NCBI GenBank assembly: GCA_902602185.1
Contig: CACKPV010000001.1
Span: forward strand, 170,827 to 234,826
Direction: 5' to 3'
Length of the DNA: 64,000 nucleotides
DNA from: an uncultured SAR86 cluster bacterium
GTDB lineage: Bacteria > Pseudomonadota > Gammaproteobacteria > Magnimaribacterales > D2472
In this document: piece by piece, positions 33,459-43,800 of the stretch
How positions within the stretch are numbered: the stretch's first letter is position 1
Layout: every line of letters starts with the position of its first letter
The notes under the pieces: model-generated
Databases searched by the model: none
Told to the model about the DNA's origin: nothing
What the model saw: only the letters and a program-made list of their open reading frames with translations
Program-made: the position numbers and the translations under genes

Positions 33459-34613
33459 ATGAATTCAAAAATTTGTGAACTGCTTGGTATAGAATTCCCC
33501 ATGGTGGCTTTTAGTCATTGCAGGGATGTTGTGGCTGCGGTATCAAAAGCTGGTGGCATGGGGGTTTTAGGAGCTACTGCACATTCTCCTGAAAAAATGG
33601 AGATTGATCTTAATTGGATTGACAAACATGTTGATGGTAAACCATACGGAGTTGATGTTTTAGTACCGAATACTTACAAAGGTAAAGGAGAAAAAACCTC
33701 ATTAGATGACTTAAGGTCTATGATTCCTCAAGAGTACCGTGATTTTCGATCTGATATTTTAAATGAGTATGAATTGGATGGAGAAAGTCTAAGATCAGAT
33801 AGCAAATCAGAACATATTGAAAAAAATTCAAATGCTCTTCTCGGTAAAGGATTTGAAATTGCTCATGAAGTTTTAGAAGTTGCTTTTTCTCACCCTATCA
33901 AACTTGTCGCTAATGCATTAGGAGTTCCTCCCAAATGGATGTTGGAGATGGGAAAAAACCATGGAGTACCAGTTGCTGCGTTGGTTGGTGCAAAGCAACA
34001 TGCAATTAAACAAGTTGAAGCCGGTGTTGATCTTTTGGTTGTGTCAGGAACTGAGGGAGGTGGTCATTGTGGAAGTGTCTCGACAATGGTTTTAGTACCA
34101 GAAGTTAAAAGAGCTATCCAACCCTATGGAAATGTTCCTATCTTGGCTGCTGGTGGTATTTGTACTGGAGAGCAAATGGCAGGAGTTATGGCTATGGGTG
34201 CAGATGGAGTTTGGTGTGCATCAGTTTTTTTACCCACTACTGAATCAGAGACTTCAGTAAATATTAAAGAAAAAATGCTTGCTGCTTCATCTAGTCATAC
34301 AGTGAGATCTAAGAGTAGGACTGGAAAGCATTCCCGACAGTTAAGATCACCTTGGACAGATGCTTGGGAAAATAAAGATGCTCCTGAGCCCCTTCCAATG
34401 CCCCTTCAAACAATGGTAAGTGAGCCTGCATTGAAGATGGTTACCGATCAAGCAGCAATTGGTCACAAGGGTGCCAAACAACTTGAAACTTATTGGGTAG
34501 GTCAAGGTATTGGATTAGTTACTGAAACTTTAACTGCTGGACAAACCGTACAAAAATTTAAAGAAGAGTTCTTGGAAGCTTATGAAAGAATGAATGATCT
34601 TGTTGATCATTAA
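33459..34613 (+). CDS. Nitronate monooxygenase / FabK-like flavoprotein
   Basis: AFSHCRDVVAAVS.AGG, GTEGGGHCG, LAAGGI. Confidence 0.9.
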   Translation: MNSKICELLGIEFPMVAFSHCRDVVAAVSKAGGMGVLGATAHSPEKMEIDLNWIDKHVDGKPYGVDVLVPNTYKGKGEKTSLDDLRSMIPQEYRDFRSDILNEYELDGESLRSDSKSEHIEKNSNALLGKGFEIAHEVLEVAFSHPIKLVANALGVPPKWMLEMGKNHGVPVAALVGAKQHAIKQVEAGVDLLVVSGTEGGGHCGSVSTMVLVPEVKRAIQPYGNVPILAAGGICTGEQMAGVMAMGADGVWCASVFLPTTESETSVNIKEKMLAASSSHTVRSKSRTGKHSRQLRSPWTDAWENKDAPEPLPMPLQTMVSEPALKMVTDQAAIGHKGAKQLETYWVGQGIGLVTETLTAGQTVQKFKEEFLEAYERMNDLVDH

Positions 34614-35230
34614 TTCATTTCTTCAAACCTTTGTGATACCGCAGATTTGAAACTTTTTCGCTCAAACAATGCCTGTGTCCATCTGGTGATATTTGGTTGC
34701 ATTGCTTCCTCAATCCCCAAGTTTTGAGCTAAATAAATTGCATAACTCACACAAATATCAGCAATTGTAAAACGATTACAGCAAAGAAACTCTTGCTTAT
34801 TTAAACTCTTTTCAAGTAATTTTAATCGAGCAATAAACCATCTTCGATATCCTTCTGCAGCTTTATCTGCAACGCCGGTTTCTTGGAATGTATATCGTAG
34901 ATAGACAGTTTGTGGAAAGGTTAGAGTTGCTTCGGAATGAAACAACCAGTTAAGATACGACGCATAATCTGCCTCATTTGGTTCAACTTTTAGTTTTGTG
35001 GGACCGTACTTTTCAACAAGATATTGACACATTGCAACGGATTCAGTCATTTGAACTTTGCTATCCTCCAAATAAGGCACTGTTCCTAGAATATTTGTAT
35101 TTAAAAATTCTTTTTTAAAGTATCTTGGGGGGAACGGAAGCATTTCTAGATTATATTCAAGACCCATTTCTTCAGCGGTCCAGATAGGTCTGACTCCTCT
35201 AGAATCATTACAGCTGAAAATCTTTATCAT
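34610..35230 (-). CDS. Glutathione S-transferase family protein
   Basis: LGTVPYL, MTESVAMCQYL, FTIADI. Confidence 0.92.
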   Translation of the reverse strand: MIKIFSCNDSRGVRPIWTAEEMGLEYNLEMLPFPPRYFKKEFLNTNILGTVPYLEDSKVQMTESVAMCQYLVEKYGPTKLKVEPNEADYASYLNWLFHSEATLTFPQTVYLRYTFQETGVADKAAEGYRRWFIARLKLLEKSLNKQEFLCCNRFTIADICVSYAIYLAQNLGIEEAMQPNITRWTQALFERKSFKSAVSQRFEEMN

Positions 35231-35277
35231 TAAATTCCCTTATATTGATATAATATCACCCCCAAATAATAACTGTT

Positions 35278-36936
35278 ATGAAATCTAAAAATATTGCTCC
35301 AATCATACAAACAAAAATTGAAATTTCAGAAAAGAACTATCAAAAAAATAAAAAAATGATGCTTGAAAAACTTGATTTTCTTGAATCTCTTTTAGATTTG
35401 GTTGAATTGGGTGGAGGAGAACACCATCACAAAAGATTGGCTAAAAAAGGTAAGTTACCGGTTAGAGAAAGAGTACTAAATTTAATTGATCAAGATAGTC
35501 CATTCTTAGAAATTAGTCCTTATGCGGCATACGGAACTGATTACACGGTTGGTGGTGGTTGTGTAAGTGGCATTGGCATTGTTTCTGGAGTTGAATGTGT
35601 AATTTTTGCTAATGATCCATCAGTAAAAGCCGGGGCTATGACAGTTTATGTTGCTGAAAAATGGCGGCGTGCAATTCAAATTTCAAGAGAAAATAAAATC
35701 CCATTTATCAGTTTTGTTGAATCAGCAGGTGGTGATTTGAGCATGGGAACTGGAAGTAAAAGTGGTCAACAACCTATTGCTCCAACTCTTCAAACAACTC
35801 ATTTTGCGGCAACAGGAAGATTTTTTTATGAAATGACTGAACTTTCCAAACTAAGAATCCCTGTGATATCTGTTGTTTTTGGTTCTTCGACTGCTGGTGG
35901 TGCTTATCAACCTGGAATGTCTGATTACAATATTTTTGTAAAAGATCAGTCCAAAGTTTTTCTGGCAGGGCCACCTTTGGTAAAAATGGCAACCGGTGAA
36001 GTGTCTGACGATGAGACATTAGGAGGTGCAAAAATGCACTCTGAAGTTTCTGGCTTATCCGATTATCTTGCCGAAGATGAAATGGATGCCCTAAGAATTT
36101 GCAGAGAAGTTGTATCCCATCTTAATTGGCAAAAAAAAGGCCTTCCACCTCAAAAATTATCTGAAGAACCTGTTTATGAACAAGAAGAATTATTAGGATT
36201 GATTAGTGAAGATCTTAAGTCACCAGTGGACATTAGAGAAATCATTGCTCGCTTTGTTGATGGGTCTAAATTTGAAGAATTTAAATCTTTGTATGGGGCC
36301 ACTATGGTCTGTGGATGGGCATGTATCAATGGTTATCAAATTGGAATTCTCGGGAACAATGGCCCAATTTATCCTGAGTCAGCTGAGAAAGCTGCGAGTT
36401 TTATTCAACTTTGTAATAAAAGAGATATTCCACTTATTTTTTTACAAAATGTTACCGGTTTTCTTGTTGGTAAGGACTTTGAAAGACAAGCCATCATAAA
36501 AAAAGGTTCGCAACTTATAAATGCAGTCTCAAATTCAAATGTCCCGCATATCACAATAATCATTGGAGCATCTTATGGGGCCGGTACTTATGCTATGTCT
36601 GGGCAGGCTTACAACAATAGATTTACATTTCTATGGCCGACCGCAAAGATTGCTGTTATGGGTCCAGAACAAATAGCTGGAGTTATGTCAATTGTAAGAA
36701 GAGCAAAAGCAGAACGATCTGGTGAAAAATTTGATGAAAAGCAAGATACTGAAATTGTAAAAATGGTTGAAGATGCTGCTGAAAAACTATCGCATGCTTT
36801 GGTTGCAAGTAGCATGCTTACCGATGATGGAATTATAGATCCGAGAGATACAAGATCAATTATCACCTTTTGTTTATCGATATGTTCAAATGAAGTTATC
36901 AAAGGAGCAAAAGAATTTGGGGTTTTCAGGTTATGA
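35278..36936 (+). CDS. Acyl-CoA carboxylase carboxyltransferase subunit (AtuC/AccD2-like)
   Basis: VESAG, GSSTAGGAYQPG, FLAGPPLVKMATGE, GASYGAG, DDGIIDPRDTR. Confidence 0.9.
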   Translation: MKSKNIAPIIQTKIEISEKNYQKNKKMMLEKLDFLESLLDLVELGGGEHHHKRLAKKGKLPVRERVLNLIDQDSPFLEISPYAAYGTDYTVGGGCVSGIGIVSGVECVIFANDPSVKAGAMTVYVAEKWRRAIQISRENKIPFISFVESAGGDLSMGTGSKSGQQPIAPTLQTTHFAATGRFFYEMTELSKLRIPVISVVFGSSTAGGAYQPGMSDYNIFVKDQSKVFLAGPPLVKMATGEVSDDETLGGAKMHSEVSGLSDYLAEDEMDALRICREVVSHLNWQKKGLPPQKLSEEPVYEQEELLGLISEDLKSPVDIREIIARFVDGSKFEEFKSLYGATMVCGWACINGYQIGILGNNGPIYPESAEKAASFIQLCNKRDIPLIFLQNVTGFLVGKDFERQAIIKKGSQLINAVSNSNVPHITIIIGASYGAGTYAMSGQAYNNRFTFLWPTAKIAVMGPEQIAGVMSIVRRAKAERSGEKFDEKQDTEIVKMVEDAAEKLSHALVASSMLTDDGIIDPRDTRSIITFCLSICSNEVIKGAKEFGVFRL

Positions 36937-38861
36937 AATTTAACTCAATTCTTGTTGCAAACCGAGGAGAAATTGCATCTCGTATTATCAAGACTTCACA
37001 AAAACTTGGTCTTAAATCCATTGCCATATATGTTGATGCCGATAAAGATGCTCCTTTTGTTAAACAAGCAGATGAAGCTATAAAAATTTCTGATGGTGGT
37101 TATCTAGATATTGATGCAATTATTAATGCTGCAAAAATTTCAAAAGCTGAAGCAATTCATCCAGGATATGGTTTCTTGTCTGAAAATGCTCTTTTTGCAA
37201 AAAAAATACAAAAAGAAAAGCTAATCTGGATTGGTCCCGGCTCTGAAATTATTTCGAAGATGGGTGACAAATTAGAAGCTAAGGAACTGGCTATTCAGTC
37301 CGGTATTCCAACTTTGCCAAAAACCTCTGATCCTAAAAAAATTAACAAAATTGGTTTTCCCCTTCTCATTAAGGCTGCTGCAGGTGGGGGTGGTAAAGGT
37401 ATGAGAGTAGTTTATTCAAAAAAAGACTTCAAGGATGCACTGGCAGCTGCTCAAAGAGAAGCACTATCAGGATTTAATGATGATAGAGTGTTTATTGAAA
37501 AATATATTGAAAAATCTCGTCACATTGAAATACAAATACTAGGAGATTCATTTGGCAATATAATTCATCTTGGCGAAAGAGAGTGTTCAATTCAAAGAAG
37601 ATATCAGAAAATCATAGAAGAGACCCCCTCCTCACGAATTTCCGCTGAGGTTAGAAAAAATATGTGTGATGCAGCCGTAAATCTTGCAAAAAATTTACAA
37701 TATACTTCTGCAGGAACCATAGAGTTTTTATACGATGATAAAACGGATGAATTTTGGTTCTTAGAAGTCAATACAAGATTGCAAGTTGAGCATCCTGTAA
37801 CAGAAATGGTCACTGGTATTGATCTCGTTGCAGAGCAGATTTCAATTGCACAAGGAAACAAAATTTCAATTTCTCAAAAGGATCTTGTTTTCAAAGGTCA
37901 TGCTATTGAAGCAAGACTCTATGCAGAAGATCCTGAAAATAATTTCTTACCGGATATTGGAAAAATGATTGCGTTTGAAAAGCATCCTAATGATGATGCT
38001 CGATGGGATAATGGAATCATGTCTGGCTCAATAATTGGAACTGATTTTGATCCGATGCTAGCAAAAATAATATCCTGGAAGAAGACAAGGGAGCAGGCTG
38101 CATTATCTCTTGCAAAATCCCTGGAAAGTGCTCATATCGGTGGGATTCGTAATAACAGGGACTTTTTAGTGTCAATTCTTCGATCAGAAGAATTTTTAGA
38201 TGGTGATACAACATCAGATTTTTTAGAGGTAGCAGGCATTACTAGAGGAAAGCATCTTACTGATCAAGAATTAAATGAAGTTTTGGCCATTGCAACAGTT
38301 TGGATCCAAAAAAATAACAAGAAATATGTAAATGTTGCAAAATCTCTTCCAGCAAATTGGACGAATGGAAGATTACCAAAGCAAAGAAATACTTTTATAT
38401 TTAAAGGAGATGAGATTTCTGTTCTCTATAAGAATATATCTGACAATGTTATAGAAGTGTTTGATTCAGTAGTTGAAATCATAGATGTTTGCAGTAACGT
38501 GGTTGAGATATTATTCAACTCTAAAAGATTAAGTGCAAAAGTAACGCAAGACGGTGAGTTACTTTTAATTCATCAGTCCTTTGGTGACATCTTACTATCT
38601 TTAAAACCAAGATTTATGCTCCCAGGAAAAAGTACTCAGACAGGAGGTTTAACTGCTCCTATGCCAGGAAAAATTATTGGAATAAATACCAAAGTAGGAA
38701 CAAAAGTCAAAAAGGGAGATACTTTACTTATTTTAGAAGCAATGAAAATGGAACACTCCATAAAAGCAACAAGTGATGGTCTGGTGAAAGAGTTATTTTT
38801 CAAAAAAAATGATCAGGTTGAAAATGGTGCAACTTTATTAATTCTCGAGCCTAAAAAATAA
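36933..38861 (+). CDS. Acyl-CoA carboxylase biotin carboxylase/BCCP subunit (AtuF/AccA2-like)
   Basis: ANRGEIA, HPGYGFLSEN, GGGGKGMR, RLQVEHPVTE, EAMKME biotin site. Confidence 0.93.
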   Translation: MKFNSILVANRGEIASRIIKTSQKLGLKSIAIYVDADKDAPFVKQADEAIKISDGGYLDIDAIINAAKISKAEAIHPGYGFLSENALFAKKIQKEKLIWIGPGSEIISKMGDKLEAKELAIQSGIPTLPKTSDPKKINKIGFPLLIKAAAGGGGKGMRVVYSKKDFKDALAAAQREALSGFNDDRVFIEKYIEKSRHIEIQILGDSFGNIIHLGERECSIQRRYQKIIEETPSSRISAEVRKNMCDAAVNLAKNLQYTSAGTIEFLYDDKTDEFWFLEVNTRLQVEHPVTEMVTGIDLVAEQISIAQGNKISISQKDLVFKGHAIEARLYAEDPENNFLPDIGKMIAFEKHPNDDARWDNGIMSGSIIGTDFDPMLAKIISWKKTREQAALSLAKSLESAHIGGIRNNRDFLVSILRSEEFLDGDTTSDFLEVAGITRGKHLTDQELNEVLAIATVWIQKNNKKYVNVAKSLPANWTNGRLPKQRNTFIFKGDEISVLYKNISDNVIEVFDSVVEIIDVCSNVVEILFNSKRLSAKVTQDGELLLIHQSFGDILLSLKPRFMLPGKSTQTGGLTAPMPGKIIGINTKVGTKVKKGDTLLILEAMKMEHSIKATSDGLVKELFFKKNDQVENGATLLILEPKK

Positions 38862-40643
38862 ATGAGTGAAGAAATATTAAGAATTGCTAATTGTAGTGGC
38901 TATTATGGTGACAGGTTATCTGCTGCTAGGGAAATGGTCGATGGTGGCCCCATAGATGTTCTAACGGGAGATTATCTCGCAGAATTAACGATGGCAATTC
39001 TGTTTAATCAGAAACTTAAAAGAGGAGAAGATAAAGGATATGTTGGGACATTTCTAAAGCAGTTGCAAGACGTTGCAAGCACTTGTAAAAATAAAAATAT
39101 AAAGATTGTTACCAATGCAGGAGGTTTGAATCCTCAATCAATGACAAATGAGATCAAGCAAATCTTAAATGAATTAAATATTGATATGAAAGTGGCATAT
39201 ATCGAGGGAGATAATTTAATGTCACGGATAGAGGAACTGCAAAAAAATGGGGAAGAATTTACTAATATTGACAAAGAAATATCACTTAAAGATTCTGGGT
39301 TTCCTGTCCTGACTGCAAATGCCTATCTTGGCGCGTGGGGTATTAAAGAAGCTTTAGATAAAGGGGCTGACATCGTAGTGTGCCCAAGAGTAACTGATGC
39401 AGCAGTTGTTATGGGTCCAGCTGCTTGGCGATTTAACTGGGGGAGAGATGATTTTGATAAATTAGCTGGTGCTCTTGCTGCGGGCCACATCATTGAGTGT
39501 GGTTGTCAAGCAACAGGAGGGAACTACGCTTTTTTTGAAGAAGTTCCAAGTTTTGAAAATGTAGGTTTTCCAATTGCTGAAATTCAATCAGATGGCAGTT
39601 TTTTCATAACAAAACATCCTGGAACTGGAGGCCTTGTTTCTGTTGGAACGGTTACAGCTCAACTATTATATGAGATAAGTTCTCCTGCATATATCAATCC
39701 AGATGTAATTAGTCATTTTGATACTCTAAAAATTGAGCAAATCGACAAAGATAAAGTTTTTATCTCTGGATGCAGAGGAAGTTCTCCTCCTAATAAACAT
39801 AAAGTATGTATCAATCTTGCTGGAGGATACAAAAATAGCATGGATCTCATTCTGACAGGTCTTGATATTGAAAAAAAAGCTGAAACATTTATTAACACTC
39901 TTTTTACTCTGGTTGGTGGTAAAGAACAGTTTGATGAGGTTAGAACAGATCTTCATAGAACTGATAAAAAAAATCCAAGTTCCAATGAAGAGGCAATGGC
40001 CACATTATCACTCTCGGTAAAATCATCAGATCCAGATTTAGTTGGGCGCTTGTTCAGTGCAAAAATTGTTGAGCTTTCACTAGCAAATTATCCTGGTTTT
40101 TTTGCTCAGGGTAATATTAAAGGCAGTGGCCCTGTCATTGTTTATTGGCCAGCATTAGTTCATAGCAAACATATTAAAGAGTTGGTCCATTTGGAAAACG
40201 AAGTCTTTGAAGTTTCTCCAACTAGTGAACTACCACTTGATGAAATCTATTATCAAAAAGAAACCGTTGATATTGCATCATGCCCAGTAGATACCTTAAA
40301 GGAAATACCTTTAGGTAAAATCTTTGGAACTCGATCCGGTGACAAAGGAGGTTGTGCAAATCTAGGAATATGGGCTAAGACCGATGATGCATTTTCATTT
40401 CTCAATTCTTTTTTGACTGTAAAAAAATTAAAAGAGTTACTTCCTGATTTATCTACTTTCAAAATAGATCGATATGATCTTCCAAATATAAAATCATTGA
40501 ACTTTTATATTCACGGCATCCTTCAAGATGGGATTTCATCAAATAATAGAAAAGATGGGCAAGCAAAATCACTAGGGGAATACTTAAGAGCAAAATATAT
40601 TGAAGTCCCACAATTACTTTTGAGAGAAATCAAAGATGGATAG
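38862..40643 (+). CDS. Acyclic terpene utilization AtuA family protein (DUF1446)
   Basis: RIANCSGYYGDR, GDYLAELTM, GHIIECG.Q.TGGN, RSGDKGG.AN, DGQAKSLGE. Confidence 0.92.
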   Translation: MSEEILRIANCSGYYGDRLSAAREMVDGGPIDVLTGDYLAELTMAILFNQKLKRGEDKGYVGTFLKQLQDVASTCKNKNIKIVTNAGGLNPQSMTNEIKQILNELNIDMKVAYIEGDNLMSRIEELQKNGEEFTNIDKEISLKDSGFPVLTANAYLGAWGIKEALDKGADIVVCPRVTDAAVVMGPAAWRFNWGRDDFDKLAGALAAGHIIECGCQATGGNYAFFEEVPSFENVGFPIAEIQSDGSFFITKHPGTGGLVSVGTVTAQLLYEISSPAYINPDVISHFDTLKIEQIDKDKVFISGCRGSSPPNKHKVCINLAGGYKNSMDLILTGLDIEKKAETFINTLFTLVGGKEQFDEVRTDLHRTDKKNPSSNEEAMATLSLSVKSSDPDLVGRLFSAKIVELSLANYPGFFAQGNIKGSGPVIVYWPALVHSKHIKELVHLENEVFEVSPTSELPLDEIYYQKETVDIASCPVDTLKEIPLGKIFGTRSGDKGGCANLGIWAKTDDAFSFLNSFLTVKKLKELLPDLSTFKIDRYDLPNIKSLNFYIHGILQDGISSNNRKDGQAKSLGEYLRAKYIEVPQLLLREIKDG

Positions 40644-41445
40644 TAAGAATTTATCGCTGGAAGGGCTTATCTTTGAGACAGTTAAGTTATCAGTTGAAAA
40701 CCATATTATGCATATTGTCTTAAATAGACCTGAAAAAAAGAATGCTATCAATCCGATCATGGCTAATGAAATTAATTTTTCTCTTGCATTTGCTGCTCAA
40801 GAACATGACATAAGAGTAGTAATCATAAGTGCTACTGGTGATGTTTTTTGTGCAGGAGGCGACCTTAGCAGCATGTCAGGGCATTCATCAAGTAGTCGTT
40901 CAAATGTGCCCTCGCTGGGTGGCGGAACTGAGGAAATAAGTATTAGGATAAAAAACCTTAACAAGCCGGTAGTATGCAAAATTCAGGGTCCTGTTTTAGC
41001 AGGTGCACTTCTCTTAATTACCAATGCAACTCATGCCATTGCTGCAGAGGAGGCAACTTTCTCTGCACCTGAAATCAAAAGAGGAATTTGGCCCTTCATG
41101 GTTATGGCAGGTCTATTTAGGGTTATGCCAAAAAGACAAGGTCTAGATTTTATTATGAGAGGCAACAAAATTGATTGTTATGAAGCTGAAAAATTTGGTC
41201 TTGTGAATAAAGTTGTAAAAAAAGAAGAATTAGATAGTGAAGTAGATAATATTGCTTCTGAACTATCCAAACTTGCACCCAACACCATGAAATTAGGTCT
41301 TGAAGCATTCAATTATCAAGATAAAATGGATTTTGATGAGGCTATCCCTTATTTAAAAGATCAATTAGAAAAATGTCTTAAAAGTGACGATGCTCAAGAA
41401 GGTATCAAAGCATTTTTGGAGAAAAGAGATCCAGAATGGAAATAA
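40636..41445 (+). CDS. Enoyl-CoA hydratase/isomerase (AtuE/LiuC-like)
   Basis: LNRPEKKNA, FCAGGDL, FSAPEI, EGIKAFLEKR.P.W. Confidence 0.9.
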   Translation: MDSKNLSLEGLIFETVKLSVENHIMHIVLNRPEKKNAINPIMANEINFSLAFAAQEHDIRVVIISATGDVFCAGGDLSSMSGHSSSSRSNVPSLGGGTEEISIRIKNLNKPVVCKIQGPVLAGALLLITNATHAIAAEEATFSAPEIKRGIWPFMVMAGLFRVMPKRQGLDFIMRGNKIDCYEAEKFGLVNKVVKKEELDSEVDNIASELSKLAPNTMKLGLEAFNYQDKMDFDEAIPYLKDQLEKCLKSDDAQEGIKAFLEKRDPEWK

Positions 41446-41475
41446 CAAAATGTTGAAATTAGCAGAGAATTTATA

Positions 41476-42702
41476 ATGGATTTGAACTTCAGCTCAGAAT
41501 ATGATGATTTCAGAGAAGAAGTTCAGGCTTTTTGTAAGGACTATAAAGGTCTCAAATTTGTTAATAGTGATAAAAATCCCCTAGCAATTGAAGGAGAAGA
41601 CTGTAATGGACCGGAGTTGACTAGAACGGAATGGCAAAAAGTATTAATCGATCATGGTTATTTTGCTAGATCGGTACCAAAAGAATATGGAGGTTTTGGT
41701 GGAGAGCCAGATATTATTAAATCTAGAATAATTGCTGCAGAATTTTCAAAAGCAAAAGTTCCTTTTGGGATGGGTGGACAAGGAATTGACATGCTTGTAC
41801 CTACTCTGCTCGAACTTGGAACAGAGGAACAAAAACAAAAATATATTAAACCAACTCTTCAGGGAGAAATGATTTGGTGCCAAGGTTACTCTGAGCCTAA
41901 TGCTGGAAGTGATCTTGCCAGCCTCCAAACAAAGGGAGAATTGATTGAAGACACATGGGTTATTAACGGTCAGAAGATTTGGACCAGTACTGCTCAATAT
42001 GCAGACATGATGTTTTGTCTAGTTAGAACTGAGGCAAATGCTCCAAAGCATGCCGGTATAAGCTATTTATTAATTCCAATGGACACACCGGGAATTGAAA
42101 TTAGACCCCTAGTTGATATGACTTTAAAAGCAGGATTTAATGAAGTATTTTTTACAGATGTAAAAATACCTGCGTCAAATATAGTTGGTAAAAGAGGTGA
42201 AGGTTGGGCAGTTGCTAATGCAACATTAGGACATGAGCGGGGCTCATTAGCAAATCCAGATGCAACAGTTAATCGTTTAAATAGTCTCATAGAATTGATG
42301 AAAACTGAAAGTATCGATGGAGTAAAAATCATTGATTTACCAGTCTACAAAGATAGGTTAATGGCTTTGCAAGGCAAGGTATTAGCATTTCAGTCACATA
42401 GTTTACGAGTACTCTCTTCAAAAATTAATCCCAAACAAGATGTGAAACTTGGCAAAATGATACAGAAGCTTTATGGAACGGAATTACGGCATGAACTTGA
42501 AGGTTTTGCGATAGATATTATGGGAGAAATTGGTACCTTGTATGAAAATAGTCCTTTAATTAGAGACGGTGGTAGCTGGCAATTTATCTATATGTATTAT
42601 CTGGGATTAATAATCGGAGGTGGGACAAACCAAATCCAAAAAAATATTATTGCCGAAAGAGGTCTTGGAATGCCTCGAGCTCCAAAATTTAAAGAGAATT
42701 AA
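41476..42702 (+). CDS. Acyl-CoA dehydrogenase, catalytic subunit of a second probable heteromeric pair
   Basis: WCQGYSEPNAGSDLASL, FNEVFF, LGHER, IGGGTNQIQ. Confidence 0.93.
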   Translation: MDLNFSSEYDDFREEVQAFCKDYKGLKFVNSDKNPLAIEGEDCNGPELTRTEWQKVLIDHGYFARSVPKEYGGFGGEPDIIKSRIIAAEFSKAKVPFGMGGQGIDMLVPTLLELGTEEQKQKYIKPTLQGEMIWCQGYSEPNAGSDLASLQTKGELIEDTWVINGQKIWTSTAQYADMMFCLVRTEANAPKHAGISYLLIPMDTPGIEIRPLVDMTLKAGFNEVFFTDVKIPASNIVGKRGEGWAVANATLGHERGSLANPDATVNRLNSLIELMKTESIDGVKIIDLPVYKDRLMALQGKVLAFQSHSLRVLSSKINPKQDVKLGKMIQKLYGTELRHELEGFAIDIMGEIGTLYENSPLIRDGGSWQFIYMYYLGLIIGGGTNQIQKNIIAERGLGMPRAPKFKEN

Positions 42703-42704
42703 AT

Positions 42705-43790
42705 ATGTATTTTGGCTTATCTGAAGATCAAATGTTCTTTCAAGACAGTATTAAAAAATATCTTGAAGAGCAAGCCTCGATAGAAATTGTCAAAAAAATC
42801 TCTCAGGGTGACAATAATTTACAACAAGAGATTCATAATGGTCTTGTAAATCTTGGTATTAGCGGGATATTAATTCCTGAGAAATATGGAGGATTAGATC
42901 TCAATATTTTATTTGCAACAGCTACGTCACAAGCGTTGGGGTTTGGCATAAATCCTAGCTCATTTCTTGCACCCTATGTACTTGCACCCCTGGCAATACT
43001 TGAAGCAGGGTCACCAAACCAGCAACAAGAACTCCTCCCCAAAATAGTCAATGATGAAATAAGGTTTGGGGTTGGATTAACAGAATTTGTTGGAGCTCGA
43101 GAAGATGCTAAAGTTCTAGTTAAAAATTCCAAGATCAATGGGAGATCATTATTTGTAATTGATACCAAAAATGCCACACATTTTATAATTGCAAATTCTG
43201 AGGGCAATTTATTTATTGTGAATTCTCAATCCGGAAACTTACAAATTAATGATTTAATAACTATAGATAGAACAAGAAACTTTTCTGAGATTATTTTTGA
43301 GAATGTGGATGTTGAAGTATTGCCATTGAGTGAGCAAACTAACAAATATTGCTCAAAGATTGCAAATATTGGAAGGGTCATACTTGCTGCGGATACTCTA
43401 GGGGCTGCGCAATGCATGATCGATAAATCTATAGCTTATGCCATGGAACGAAAACAATTTGATAGACTGATAGGATCATTTCAAGCTGTAAAACACATGT
43501 GTGCGGAAATGACAGCAGATATTGAACCTTGTTTTGCCATGGTATGGCATGCAGGACATAATTTTGATGAACAGTCTAACGAAGCATTAATGATGGCATG
43601 TCATGCAAAAGCTCATATTTCAGAAATTGGTAAAAATATTGCCAAAAAAGCAACAGAAGTTCATGGTGGCATGGGTTTTACAGATCTATTAGGGCTTCAT
43701 TTTTGGTTCAAAAGAATTGGAATGAATCGACAATTGCTTGGTGCTCCAGAGGTATTACGTAGAGAAGCTGCACACCATCAAGGATTATAA
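42705..43790 (+). CDS. Acyl-CoA dehydrogenase, partner subunit
   Basis: RKQF...IGSFQAVKH, HGGMGFT; short, with a divergent N-terminal half. Confidence 0.9.
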   Translation: MYFGLSEDQMFFQDSIKKYLEEQASIEIVKKISQGDNNLQQEIHNGLVNLGISGILIPEKYGGLDLNILFATATSQALGFGINPSSFLAPYVLAPLAILEAGSPNQQQELLPKIVNDEIRFGVGLTEFVGAREDAKVLVKNSKINGRSLFVIDTKNATHFIIANSEGNLFIVNSQSGNLQINDLITIDRTRNFSEIIFENVDVEVLPLSEQTNKYCSKIANIGRVILAADTLGAAQCMIDKSIAYAMERKQFDRLIGSFQAVKHMCAEMTADIEPCFAMVWHAGHNFDEQSNEALMMACHAKAHISEIGKNIAKKATEVHGGMGFTDLLGLHFWFKRIGMNRQLLGAPEVLRREAAHHQGL

Positions 43791-43800
43791 TTAAACAAGT

